Origin: an uncultured Acidobacteriota bacterium
GTDB lineage: Bacteria; Acidobacteriota; Thermoanaerobaculia; Multivoradales; UBA5704
NCBI GenBank assembly: GCA_963700145.1
Contig: OY969474.1
Coordinates: forward strand, 4,992,001 to 5,056,000
DNA length: 64,000 bases
Direction of reading: 5' to 3'
Shown: in pieces, positions 17,980 through 26,794 of the stretch
Layout of the letters: each line of letters begins with the position of its first letter
Position numbering within the stretch: the first letter of the stretch is position 1
Made by a program: the position numbers and the translations under genes
The notes under the pieces: model-generated
The model's input: only the letters and a program-made list of their open reading frames with translations
What the model was told of the DNA's origin: nothing
Databases searched by the model: none

Positions 17980-19335
17980 ATGCGGGCCGTCGGCCTGTTC
18001 AGCGACCTCGCCTACTTCCCGGCGCTGGTCGCGGCCATCAACAGCATCCTCCACTTCCGGGTGCAGGCGCGGATCAAGGTCTACGACTTCAAGGGGCTGC
18101 CTCATCTCCTGCGCGGCGGGCTGGCGCGCCACGCCGAGGTGCTCAGCCCGCCGCCGACGATCTTCGGCGACCACTACCTGGAGATGGTGCACTACCGGCC
18201 GCGCTTCCTCGCCGCCGCCGGGATCGACCCCTACGAGCTGCTCCTCGACGCCGACACCGTCGTCCTGAGCGACCTCGAGGAGGCGTTCCGCGCCATCGAG
18301 GCGGGCAACCTCGTCGGCGTGCGCGAGTGGGAATACGTCCACGCCGAGACGGGGCACGAGTACCCGGAGCTGCCGTCCGGCAGCGTCTTCCACCGCCTCC
18401 TCGCCCATCCCGAGATCTACCGCGAGGGACCGCTGCCGATCTACAACTTCGGCCTCCTCGGCGTGAACCGCGCGGCGCACGCGTGGTTCATCGACCTCCT
18501 GGAGGAGGTCAGCCACCACCACGACCAGCTCGCCGGCACCTTCTTCGACGTCGACCAGAACGGGATGGCGCTGGTCCTCGCCTCGCTCCGCCGCGAAGGC
18601 AAGATCGTCCTCCACGAGCTGCCGCCGGAGCTCTGGATGCGCACCTGGGCCGGGCACCGCGAGCCGCGCAAGCTCCTCGCCTTCGAGGACGGCAGCCCGG
18701 TGCTCTACAACGGCGACCGCTCGCGGCGGATGCGCTTCTACCACTACACGGGCGGCATCGTGCCGCCGCCGGAGCTCATCGGCCGCGACGCGCCGATCCC
18801 GGTGCGCTTCGGGCACCTGGTGAGCGACCTGGCGCTGCCGCCGGGGGTCACGCAACGGCAGATGATCGAGTCCTGGCACTACGTCTGGCGCGTGCGGCAC
18901 GAGACGCCGGCCGGCGAGCTGCCGAAGTTCTTCTACGACCTCGGGCCGCTGCGCGCGCCCCGCTGCATCGATCCCGGCTGGCGGGAGCGGCTCGGCCGCC
19001 TGCTCGCCGGCTTCGGGATCGGTACGCAGATCGGCACGCCGCCGGACAAAGACTCACGGGAGGTCTGGGCGCTCGCCTTCGCCTACGACTACGTCGACCA
19101 CCTCGGCTACCGGGCGGGCGAGATCGGCTGGCTCGGACCACCGCTGAATGCCCTGCTCGGCGCCGAGCGCCTGACGATCGGCGAGAGGACGATCGCCTGG
19201 GAGCGCGACGCCGACGTGGTCCTGGGCTTCCGCTCGCGCTACCGCGAGCCGCGGGAGTGGACCGGCGGCGAGCACGCCGCCGCCGCCGCGGGCTACGCCG
19301 AGCACCACCGCGGGGTCTTCCTGGACATCGCATGA
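17980..19335 (+). CDS. Putative GT8-like glycosyltransferase with unknown C-terminal domain
   Basis: LLLDADTVVL (DxD), YNFG, DQ, FYHYTG; ATG 17980. Confidence 0.65.
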   Translation: MRAVGLFSDLAYFPALVAAINSILHFRVQARIKVYDFKGLPHLLRGGLARHAEVLSPPPTIFGDHYLEMVHYRPRFLAAAGIDPYELLLDADTVVLSDLEEAFRAIEAGNLVGVREWEYVHAETGHEYPELPSGSVFHRLLAHPEIYREGPLPIYNFGLLGVNRAAHAWFIDLLEEVSHHHDQLAGTFFDVDQNGMALVLASLRREGKIVLHELPPELWMRTWAGHREPRKLLAFEDGSPVLYNGDRSRRMRFYHYTGGIVPPPELIGRDAPIPVRFGHLVSDLALPPGVTQRQMIESWHYVWRVRHETPAGELPKFFYDLGPLRAPRCIDPGWRERLGRLLAGFGIGTQIGTPPDKDSREVWALAFAYDYVDHLGYRAGEIGWLGPPLNALLGAERLTIGERTIAWERDADVVLGFRSRYREPREWTGGEHAAAAAGYAEHHRGVFLDIA

Positions 19336-19364
19336 AGATCGTCCTCGGCCGGCGCCGTCCGGCC

Positions 19365-20021
19365 TCACCGTCGCAGCAGGAAGACGTACTGGGCGGCCCA
19401 GCGCAAAGGCACCAGATGCCGCCCGCCGAGGAGTCGCCGCCAGCGGCGCCAGGGCCACTCGTCGCGCTCGATCCGCTCGATCGCCAGGCTGCTGCCGCCG
19501 AGCACCCGCCGCCACTCCTCGAAGGTGGCGGCCCGCTCGTGGCTGTCCGGATCGTGCCGCCGCAGCAGGTCGGCGTCGATCCGCCAGCGGAGCGACCGGG
19601 CGTTGGGCACCATGATGCAGGCGCGCCCGCCCCCGGTGAGCACGCGGCGGATCTCCGAGAGAGCGCGGTCGGTCGCGAGGAAGTGCTCGAGAGTGCCGAT
19701 GCAGGTGGCATGCTGGAAGCTGCCCGCGCGGAAAGGTAGCGCCTCGGCGTTGCAGCGGACGAGGCGGGCGGCCGGCGCGTGCCGGCGCGCCATGGCGAGG
19801 GCGGTCAGGGAGAGATCGGCGCCGTGGGCGCGCGCGCCGCGGCGCAGCGCCTCGCCCAACAGCAGCCCCGGGCCGCAGCCGAGGTCGAGCAGCCGCTCGC
19901 CGGGATGGACGTTCAGGTACTCCAGGAAGACGGCGTAGAACTCGGCCGGGCGGAGGTAGGCGAAGCCCAGCTCGGCGTAGGTGCGATCGAACCAGCGCTG
20001 GACGGCGGTCTGGGTAGGCAC
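19365..20021 (-). CDS. Class I SAM-dependent methyltransferase
   Basis: LLDLGCGPG, NAEALPF, LEHF. Confidence 0.9.
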   Translation of the reverse strand: MPTQTAVQRWFDRTYAELGFAYLRPAEFYAVFLEYLNVHPGERLLDLGCGPGLLLGEALRRGARAHGADLSLTALAMARRHAPAARLVRCNAEALPFRAGSFQHATCIGTLEHFLATDRALSEIRRVLTGGGRACIMVPNARSLRWRIDADLLRRHDPDSHERAATFEEWRRVLGGSSLAIERIERDEWPWRRWRRLLGGRHLVPLRWAAQYVFLLRR

Positions 20022-20039
20022 TGAATCCGCTGCGTAAAA

Positions 20040-20065
20040 CGCCCGGCACGGAGGCCGGGCGCTAC
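20040..20065 (-). repeat. GTAG-type REP copy 2
   Basis: GTAGCGCCCGGCCTCCGTGCCGGGCG (one loop difference) followed by TTTT. Confidence 0.9.
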
Positions 20066-20448
20066 GAAGATCCGACCGGGGCCTCGTAGGCGGCCCAGGC
20101 CACCGGGCTCTCGCGCAGCGTCACCCGCAGCACGCCGGAGAACTTGCCGGCCACCCGCTCGGCGATCTTCTCATGCAGGTAGCGACAGAGGTACTCGGTC
20201 GTGGTGTTGACGCCCGCGAACTCCGGCAGGTCGTCGAGGTTCTTGAACTCCATCGGCGCCAGCACCGACTGCAGCGACTGCTGCGCCGCCCCGAAGTCCA
20301 CGATCAGGCTGTACTCGTCCAGCGTCTCGGTCAGGTAGGTGACGTCCACCTCGAAGGTGATGACGTGGACGAGCTGCGCCGGGCCGAAGATGTCCCCCTT
20401 GAGGGAGTGGGCACACTTCCAATAGTCGCGGAAGGTCAGCGAGTACAT
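20062..20448 (-). CDS. PTPS/QueD superfamily (COG0720) protein, atypical FGPAQxxH type
   Basis: MYSLTFRDYWKCAHSLKGDIFGPAQLVHVITF...NLDDLPEF...NTTTE...LRESPVAWAAY; lacks the CxxxHGH of canonical QueD. Confidence 0.85.
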   Translation of the reverse strand: MYSLTFRDYWKCAHSLKGDIFGPAQLVHVITFEVDVTYLTETLDEYSLIVDFGAAQQSLQSVLAPMEFKNLDDLPEFAGVNTTTEYLCRYLHEKIAERVAGKFSGVLRVTLRESPVAWAAYEAPVGSS

Positions 20449-20493
20449 CGGCGTCTCCTGACTGAAAGGAGGGCCGAAGACTATCATCCCGGC

Positions 20494-21258
20494 GTGGCGC
20501 AGAGCCCGGTGCAGAGCCGCCGCCTCACCACCCGGCCGGCGCACGACCACGCCGACGTCGCCGCCTTCTTCGACGCCTGCGCCCCCGCCTACGCCGACCG
20601 CCACGGCGACCCCGGACGGCTGCTGCGCGACCGCCTGGCGCTGCTGCGCGAAGCGGCGGAGCCGAAGCCCGGGGACACGGTGCTCGAGATCGGCTGCGGC
20701 ACCGGGCTCCACCTGCTCGCGCTGGCCGACGAGTACGGGCGCGGGCTCGGCGTCGACCTCTCGCCGGCGATGGTGGAGGCCGCCCGCGCGCGGCTCGGCC
20801 CGAACGCCGGCAAGGTGAGCTTCGCGGTGGACGCGGCCGAGCGGCTGGCGACCGTGGCCGACGCATCGGTCGACGTGGTGCTGGCGGTCGGCGCCCTCGA
20901 GCACATGCTCGACCAGGCCGCCGTCTGCGCGAGCGCCTTCCGCGTGCTCCGCCCCGGCGGCCGCTTCGCCTGCCTGACCCCCGATGGCGGCGGCCTCTGG
21001 TACCGCCGGCTCGCCCCCGCCCTCGGCATCGACACCCGCCAGCTCGCGACCGACCGCTACCTCACGCGGCGCGAGCTGGAGGCGCTGCTGCGCGACGCCG
21101 GCTTCGCCGAGGTGCGGCTCGACGCCTGGACCTTCGTCCAGCGCGGCGACCTGCCGCGGGCGGCCGCGGCGCTGATGGCGGGGCTGGATCGGGCCGGGAA
21201 GTGGCTCGGGATCGACGCGCTGCGCGGCGGCCTGCGGGCGCGCGCCGTCAAGCGCTGA
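20494..21258 (+). CDS. Class I SAM-dependent methyltransferase
   Basis: VLEIGCGTG, GVDLSPAM, LEHM, VLRPGG; GTG 6 nt after TATCAT. Confidence 0.88.
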   Translation: MAQSPVQSRRLTTRPAHDHADVAAFFDACAPAYADRHGDPGRLLRDRLALLREAAEPKPGDTVLEIGCGTGLHLLALADEYGRGLGVDLSPAMVEAARARLGPNAGKVSFAVDAAERLATVADASVDVVLAVGALEHMLDQAAVCASAFRVLRPGGRFACLTPDGGGLWYRRLAPALGIDTRQLATDRYLTRRELEALLRDAGFAEVRLDAWTFVQRGDLPRAAAALMAGLDRAGKWLGIDALRGGLRARAVKR

Positions 21259-21263
21259 CCACC

Positions 21264-22364
21264 GTGCGCATCGGCCTGCTCATCTACGGCAGCCTCGACC
21301 GCCTCACCGGCGGCTTCTTCTACGACCGCATGCTGGTCGAGCACCTGCGCCGCCGCGGCCACGAGGTCGAGGTCGTGGCGCTGCCGATGCGTTCGTACCC
21401 GCGGGCGCTGCTCGACAACCTTTCGCAGAGCCTGTTGGCCCGGCTCACCGAGCCCGGCTTCGACCTCCTCCTCCAGGACGAGCTGACCCACCCGTCGTGC
21501 TTCCGGCTCAACCGCCGGCTGCGGCGGACTGCCGGGGCACCGCCGATCGTCGCCATCATCCACCTGCTACGGGTGAGTCAGCCGCTCCCCGCCTGGCAGC
21601 GGCCGCTGGTGCGGCGAGTCGAGGGGCGGTACCTGGCGTCGGTGGACGGCCTGATCCTGGTCAACCCGCAGCTCCGCGCGCGCAGCGCGCGGCTCGCCGG
21701 CGTGGAGCGCCCGGCGGTGGTCGCGCCGCCCGCCGGCGACCACGCCGCCGCGACCACTTCGCTCGAGCGGATCGCCGCGCGCGCCCGTGAAGCGGGCGAC
21801 CTCGAGATCGTCTTCCTCGGCAACCTGACACCGATGAAGAACCTCCACCTGGTGCTAGACGCCCTCGCCCGGCTCGGTGCCGGCGGCTGGCGGCTCGCCG
21901 TCCTCGGCAGCCTGGAGGCCGACCCCGCCTACACCCGCCGCCTGCGCCGCCGGATCGCCCGCGCCGGGCTGGACGGGCGGGTGGCGCTGCTGGGCGAGCG
22001 GCCGCGCGCCGAGGTCGAGGAGCGCCTCGCCGCGAGCCACGTCCTGGCGCTGCCGTCGGCGCCCGAGAGCTTCGGCATCGCCTACCTGGAGGCGATGCGC
22101 CACGGCCTCCCGGTCGTCGCCAGCAGCGCCAGCGACACGGCGGCCAACTTCCGCCACGGCGAGACCGCCTTCCTGGTCGCGCCGGGCGACGCGGACGCTC
22201 TCGCCGGGCACCTGCGCCGGCTGATGGAGGACCGCGAGCTCCTGGCGCGGATGGGAGTCGCGGCGCGGCGCTGGTACGAGTCCCACCCCACCTGGGAGGA
22301 GTCGCTGGAGCGGGTCCACCAGTTCCTGCTCCAGCTCCATGCCGCCAAAACGGAGAGCCCGTAG
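21264..22364 (+). CDS. Glycosyltransferase family 4
   Basis: LTGGFFYDR, GNLTPMKN, ESFGIAYLEAM (Ex7E). Confidence 0.92.
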   Translation: MRIGLLIYGSLDRLTGGFFYDRMLVEHLRRRGHEVEVVALPMRSYPRALLDNLSQSLLARLTEPGFDLLLQDELTHPSCFRLNRRLRRTAGAPPIVAIIHLLRVSQPLPAWQRPLVRRVEGRYLASVDGLILVNPQLRARSARLAGVERPAVVAPPAGDHAAATTSLERIAARAREAGDLEIVFLGNLTPMKNLHLVLDALARLGAGGWRLAVLGSLEADPAYTRRLRRRIARAGLDGRVALLGERPRAEVEERLAASHVLALPSAPESFGIAYLEAMRHGLPVVASSASDTAANFRHGETAFLVAPGDADALAGHLRRLMEDRELLARMGVAARRWYESHPTWEESLERVHQFLLQLHAAKTESP

Positions 22365-22391
22365 CGCCCGGCCTACGTGCCGGGCGTTTTT
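22361..22391 (+). repeat. GTAG-type REP copy 3 plus T-tract (terminator-like)
   Basis: GTAGCGCCCGGCCTACGTGCCGGGCG-TTTTT between convergent genes. Confidence 0.9.
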
Positions 22392-23266
22392 CACCCTGCC
22401 CGCTCGGCGACGATCAGCCGGTAGCTCACCAGGCCGCGGCGGTAGAGCCGCTCGAAGGCGACCCCCCCGAGGTAGGCGGCCAGCACCCGGCGCGCCGCGG
22501 GGAAGGGGAGCAGGGCGTGCGCCCGGCGGTAGCGGGCCTCGGCCGCCGCCAGCTCCGCGAGTGGGCGCGTGGGGACGAGGGCCGAAAGGTCCTCGTCGTG
22601 GAGCGTGCGCAGGCCGTCGCCGGCGAGCGCCCGGGCGTAGGTGGAGGTCGTCGGCACCCTGCCGAGCGCCCAGCGCTCGCGGACGATGGCGAAGTCCGGG
22701 TCGTCCACCGCCTCGTCGTGCAACACGTCCTCGACCAGCACCAGCTTGCCGCCGGGACGGAGGGCGCCGGCCAGGTTGGCGAGGGTACGCTCGCCGCAGG
22801 GGCTGTGGATGAGGGACTCGATCGCGACCACGGCGTCGTAGTCGCCCTCGATCGGCGCGTCGTAGCTGCGGAGGTGGAAGCGGCACGCCGCGGCGAGCCC
22901 GCGGCGGACCGCCTCGCGCCGCGCCACCCGCCACTGCACCCTGCTCACCGTGAGACCGTCGTACGTGCCGCCGATCCGCTCCTGCCAGCGGAAGACGGTG
23001 CCGCCGAAGCCGCAGCCGGCGTCGAGCACCCGCGGCGCCGGCGGCAGCGTCACGGCGGCCAGCGCCCGGTCCACGACGTAGAGCCGCCGCTCGCTCTTGC
23101 CGTAGGCATTCGCCTGCTCCGCCGGGATGCGTAGCGCCTTGTGCAGCGTCAGGTCGGCGCGCGGATGGCCGAAGCGCACCAGGTTGGCCAGCAGGTTGAA
23201 GCGCGACAGCGCGTCGTAGAGGGCGATAAGCTGCCGGCTGGAAGCAGACACCTCAGCCCGCGTCAT
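22391..23266 (-). CDS. Class I SAM-dependent methyltransferase (sterol/tocopherol MT-like)
   Basis: VLDAGCGFGG, VSRVQ, IESLIHS, LRPGG. Start position uncertain. Confidence 0.85.
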   Translation of the reverse strand: MTRAEVSASSRQLIALYDALSRFNLLANLVRFGHPRADLTLHKALRIPAEQANAYGKSERRLYVVDRALAAVTLPPAPRVLDAGCGFGGTVFRWQERIGGTYDGLTVSRVQWRVARREAVRRGLAAACRFHLRSYDAPIEGDYDAVVAIESLIHSPCGERTLANLAGALRPGGKLVLVEDVLHDEAVDDPDFAIVRERWALGRVPTTSTYARALAGDGLRTLHDEDLSALVPTRPLAELAAAEARYRRAHALLPFPAARRVLAAYLGGVAFERLYRRGLVSYRLIVAERAG

Positions 23267-24146
23267 GAAGCTGCTCCGCGACCGCTCGATCGCAGCGCCG
23301 TTGGGGCTGTTCCTCCTCCAGTTCGGGCGGCCATTCCTCAACTACTTCCCTCTCTACCTCCACTCGGTGGGAAGGAACCCCCTCCTCAACCTGATCATCA
23401 TCACCGATCAGGAGGTCCCGCTCGCCCAACTGCCGCCCAACGTCATCCTCCACCACATGGCCGAGGAGGAGCTGCGCGCGCGGTTGCGCGCCTTTCTCGG
23501 CGACGCCTTCGCGATGACGGCGGACCCGCTGCCCGGATCGATGTACAAGCTCTGCGATTACCGCCCATTCTTCAGCGCCCTCTTCGCGGACGCGCTCGCC
23601 GGGCGGGGCTTCACCCACGTCGGCTGGTGCGACTCGGACGTCATCCTCGGAGACCTCTCCTCGTTCCTCCCCGACCCGAGCGCCTACGACCTCATCGGCC
23701 GCCTGGGGCACTTCACCGCGTTCCGGCGCACGGCGTTCTTCGAGCAGGTCCCGCTGCGGGTGTCGGCCATCCGGCGTCACATCGCCGACACGACGAGGCA
23801 TTGGCAGTTCGACGAGGTCGCTTTCTCCGAGCACCTGTTGCGCTACTACGTGCGCGGCGGGAAGCTCGAGTACTTCGCCTTCTACGACGAGCGCTTCGCC
23901 GACGTCCTTCCCGATCCGAGCGACCGCTTCCTGCTCTGGACCGACGCTTCGCTGCCCGACCAGCACCTCCGCTACGAGGACGGCACCCTCGTGCGGGCCG
24001 GAGGGGGCCGGCGGATCGCGACGATCTACGCCCACTTTCAGAAGCGGCCGATGGAGGTCCGCATGCGGCTGGACTTTCGACCGGCCGATCCTCTCCACTT
24101 CGTCATCCGGCCGAATTACTTCGCGACCCCTGCGAGCGATAGGTGA
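23265..24146 (+). CDS. DUF6625-like putative glycosyltransferase
   Basis: NYFPLYLHS, YKLCDYRP, GWCDSDVILGDL, GHFT, FDE, YAHFQKR match my recollection of this family. Confidence 0.7.
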   Translation: MKLLRDRSIAAPLGLFLLQFGRPFLNYFPLYLHSVGRNPLLNLIIITDQEVPLAQLPPNVILHHMAEEELRARLRAFLGDAFAMTADPLPGSMYKLCDYRPFFSALFADALAGRGFTHVGWCDSDVILGDLSSFLPDPSAYDLIGRLGHFTAFRRTAFFEQVPLRVSAIRRHIADTTRHWQFDEVAFSEHLLRYYVRGGKLEYFAFYDERFADVLPDPSDRFLLWTDASLPDQHLRYEDGTLVRAGGGRRIATIYAHFQKRPMEVRMRLDFRPADPLHFVIRPNYFATPASDR

Positions 24147-25131
24147 GCACGACCTGGACGGCCTCTTCGGGGCGGCGGTCGAGCAGCTCGTAGGCCGCCG
24201 GCGCCTCGGCGAAGGGGAAGCGGTGGGTCACCAGGCCGTCGAGCGGGAGCTCGGCCAGCAGCCGCCAGGCGGCCTCCAGGCGGCGGGCCTTGCTCCAGCG
24301 CGCCGAGAAGCGCGGTGCGATGGTGCTGACCTGGCTGCTCACCAGCTGGATGCGGCTGCGGTGGAAGGCGCCTCCCAGGTCGAGCGCGACGGGCTGATCG
24401 CCGTACCAGGAGCCGATGACCACCCGGCCGCCGAACCCGGTCGCCGCGATCGCCTGCGCGAGCGCCGCCGGGCTGCCGGACAGCTCGTAGGTCAGGTCGG
24501 CGGACGACCGCAGGGGGTCGAGCGCGCCGGGGGCGTCGGCATCCAGGGCGGCGTGCGCGCCGAGGTCGAGGGAGCGCTGCCGCCGCAGGGGGTGCCGGTC
24601 CACGGTCACCAGGTGGGCGAGGGGGACCCGCGCCAGGAGCGCGGTCGTGAGGAGGCCCACGACCCCCTGGCCGAAGACCACCACCCGCTCGCCGACGATC
24701 GGCTGGCCGTCCATCAGGAAGTTGACCGCCGTCTCGGCGTTGGGGAGGAGGGCCGCCGCCTCGGGCGCCAGCCCTGCCGGGACGGGGAGGAGCTCGTCCG
24801 GCGCGGCGAGGAAGTGGCTCGCGTGCGGCTGGAACCCGAAGACCAGCCGGTCCCGCCACTCGGGCGCGACCCCGTCACCCAGCTCGACCACCCGACCGAC
24901 CGCCGCATAGCCGTAGGCGAGCGGAAACGCGAAGCCGCCGGCCAGGGAGGGGATGGCGGCGTCGACCGGCATTCCCCCCGGCACCCGCCCGCGGTAGACC
25001 AGCATCTCGGTCCCCGGGCTGATGGCGGAGACCCGGGTCTCGACAAGCACCTGCCCGGCGGCGGGCGAGCCCAGCGGCTCCTCCCGCACCGCCACGCGGT
25101 ACGGGGCCTCGAAGGAGAGCGCCAGCCTCAC
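24103..25131 (-). CDS. MDR-family (zinc-binding ADH-like) dehydrogenase
   Basis: SAISPGTE, GYAAVG, FGQGVVG, FHRSR; GTGA overlap with the RibD-like gene. No catalytic Zn Cys. Confidence 0.88.
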   Translation of the reverse strand: MRLALSFEAPYRVAVREEPLGSPAAGQVLVETRVSAISPGTEMLVYRGRVPGGMPVDAAIPSLAGGFAFPLAYGYAAVGRVVELGDGVAPEWRDRLVFGFQPHASHFLAAPDELLPVPAGLAPEAAALLPNAETAVNFLMDGQPIVGERVVVFGQGVVGLLTTALLARVPLAHLVTVDRHPLRRQRSLDLGAHAALDADAPGALDPLRSSADLTYELSGSPAALAQAIAATGFGGRVVIGSWYGDQPVALDLGGAFHRSRIQLVSSQVSTIAPRFSARWSKARRLEAAWRLLAELPLDGLVTHRFPFAEAPAAYELLDRRPEEAVQVVLTYRSQGSRSNSAG

Positions 25132-26117
25132 GCCACGCGGCCGACGAACAGGATGCCGTCGCCGACGGGCCGGTAGAGATGGGTGGCGAAGCGCACCGAC
25201 TCCGCCACCGCGGTGATCTCCGGCCGGACGAAGGAGGGGATGCCGGTGCCGAGGATCAGCGGCGAGATGTGGAGCTGCAGGACGTCGATCGTGCCGTCGG
25301 CGAGGAAGGCCGAGGTGGTGGCCGAGCCCCCTTCGACGTAGACCGAGAGGACGCCGCGCCGGTAGAGCGCTTCGAGGATCGCCGCGGTGGCGATCCGCCC
25401 GTTCCGCCGCGGCAGCGCCAGGCGCTCGACCTGCGGCGACGCCGGCGCCTCGCCGTCGCCGACCAGCAGGATGGGCCCCGGCCCGGCCGCCAGCAGACAG
25501 TCGACGTCGCCGTTGCCCGCGGCGCCGACGACGATGCGCACCGGGCTCCCCCCTTCGGCGTGGCGCACGGTCAGCGCCGGGCGGTCGGCGCGCAGCGTGC
25601 GCGCGCCGATGAGGACGCCGTCGCAGAGAGCGCGCATGCGGTGGGCGTGGAGGAGGTTCTCGGCGCAGCCGATCCACTTCGAGTCGCCGCCGCAAGTGGC
25701 GATGCGGCCGTCGAGCGACTGTGCGAAGTGGCTGACGGCGAAGGCGCGGCCGGCGCGCCGGGCGTGCTCCGCCGCCAGCGCATACGGCGCGTAGGTCTCG
25801 AGCAGCGCCGCGGCGGCGGGCGGCAGGTCGCCGCGCGCGAGCGGGCGGAGCGCGATGAGGTCTTCGACCAGGTAGCGGCTCTCTCCGGGGACGGGCGGGA
25901 AGTCGCCGGTGGCGGCCGGGTCGAGGAGCAGCAGGACGCGCCAGCCGGGGCCGGCTGGCGGGGGCTCGTCGTCGAGGCGAACCTCGGGGGCTTCGCCGAT
26001 CCGCAGCCAGCAAGCGCGGACCGGCTCGCCGCCGGCGCGGACCCGTTCGGCCAGCAGGCAGAGGACCCGCCAGCAGGCTGCCGCCGCCGGGTCGGCCTGG
26101 GCCCCGCCGGCGTCCAT
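25128..26117 (-). CDS. RibD C-terminal (pyrimidine reductase) domain protein with unknown N-terminal region
   Basis: AQSLDGRIAT, HRMRA, T..ADRPALTVR, VEGG; no HAE/PCxxC deaminase motifs. Confidence 0.88.
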   Translation of the reverse strand: MDAGGAQADPAAAACWRVLCLLAERVRAGGEPVRACWLRIGEAPEVRLDDEPPPAGPGWRVLLLLDPAATGDFPPVPGESRYLVEDLIALRPLARGDLPPAAAALLETYAPYALAAEHARRAGRAFAVSHFAQSLDGRIATCGGDSKWIGCAENLLHAHRMRALCDGVLIGARTLRADRPALTVRHAEGGSPVRIVVGAAGNGDVDCLLAAGPGPILLVGDGEAPASPQVERLALPRRNGRIATAAILEALYRRGVLSVYVEGGSATTSAFLADGTIDVLQLHISPLILGTGIPSFVRPEITAVAESVRFATHLYRPVGDGILFVGRVA

Positions 26118-26119
26118 CC

Positions 26120-26719
26120 TCACGCCTTGACGTCGGCGAGGAGGTGCCCCATGCGCAGCCGCTTGGTCTCCAGGTAGCCGCGGTTGTGGTCGGTCGGCGG
26201 GGACACCAGCGGCACCCTGCCGAGGAGGCGGATGCGCGACCGCTCGAGCGCCGCGATCTTGAAGGGGTTGTTGGTCAGCAGGCGGACCGCGGCGACTTCG
26301 AGGTCCTCGAGGATGGCGATCGCCGCCGCGTAATCGCGCAGGTCGGCGCCGAAGCCGAGGTGCAAGTTGGCGTCCACGGTGTCGAGGCCGCGGTCCTGCA
26401 TCGAGTAGGCGTGGAGCTTGTTGAGCAGGCCGATCCCCCGCCCCTCCTGGCGTAGGTAGATCAACACGCCCGCCCCCTCCTCGGCGATGGCCTGCATCGC
26501 CACCGCGAGCTGCGGGCCGCAGTCGCAGCGCTGGGAGGTGAAGACCTCTCCGGTCAGGCACTCGGAGTGGATACGCACCAGCGGGTCGGGCGCGCGCTCG
26601 ACCTCCCCCTTGACCAGGGCGAGGTGCGGGCAGGTCGACCCGTTCTCGGTGTAGGCGAGGAGCCGGAACTCCCCGAACTCGGTCGGCAATCGGGTCGCTG
26701 CGGCTCTGGTCAACGTCAC
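26120..26719 (-). CDS. ribA: GTP cyclohydrolase II
   Basis: RIHSECLTG, RCDCG, RQEGRGIGL, LTNNP, YLETK..MGHL. Confidence 0.95.
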   Translation of the reverse strand: MTLTRAAATRLPTEFGEFRLLAYTENGSTCPHLALVKGEVERAPDPLVRIHSECLTGEVFTSQRCDCGPQLAVAMQAIAEEGAGVLIYLRQEGRGIGLLNKLHAYSMQDRGLDTVDANLHLGFGADLRDYAAAIAILEDLEVAAVRLLTNNPFKIAALERSRIRLLGRVPLVSPPTDHNRGYLETKRLRMGHLLADVKA

Positions 26720-26794
26720 TGGCTGCTCCCGCTGCGGAGGCGGCTGGCGCCGGACCACCCGGCGCCCCGCCGCCTCGACTTCAGAAACCTTGGA

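Noticed and set aside
20062-20448. Canonical queD of queuosine synthesis
   Set aside because: Lacks CxxxHGH and has no queC/queE/queF neighbours.
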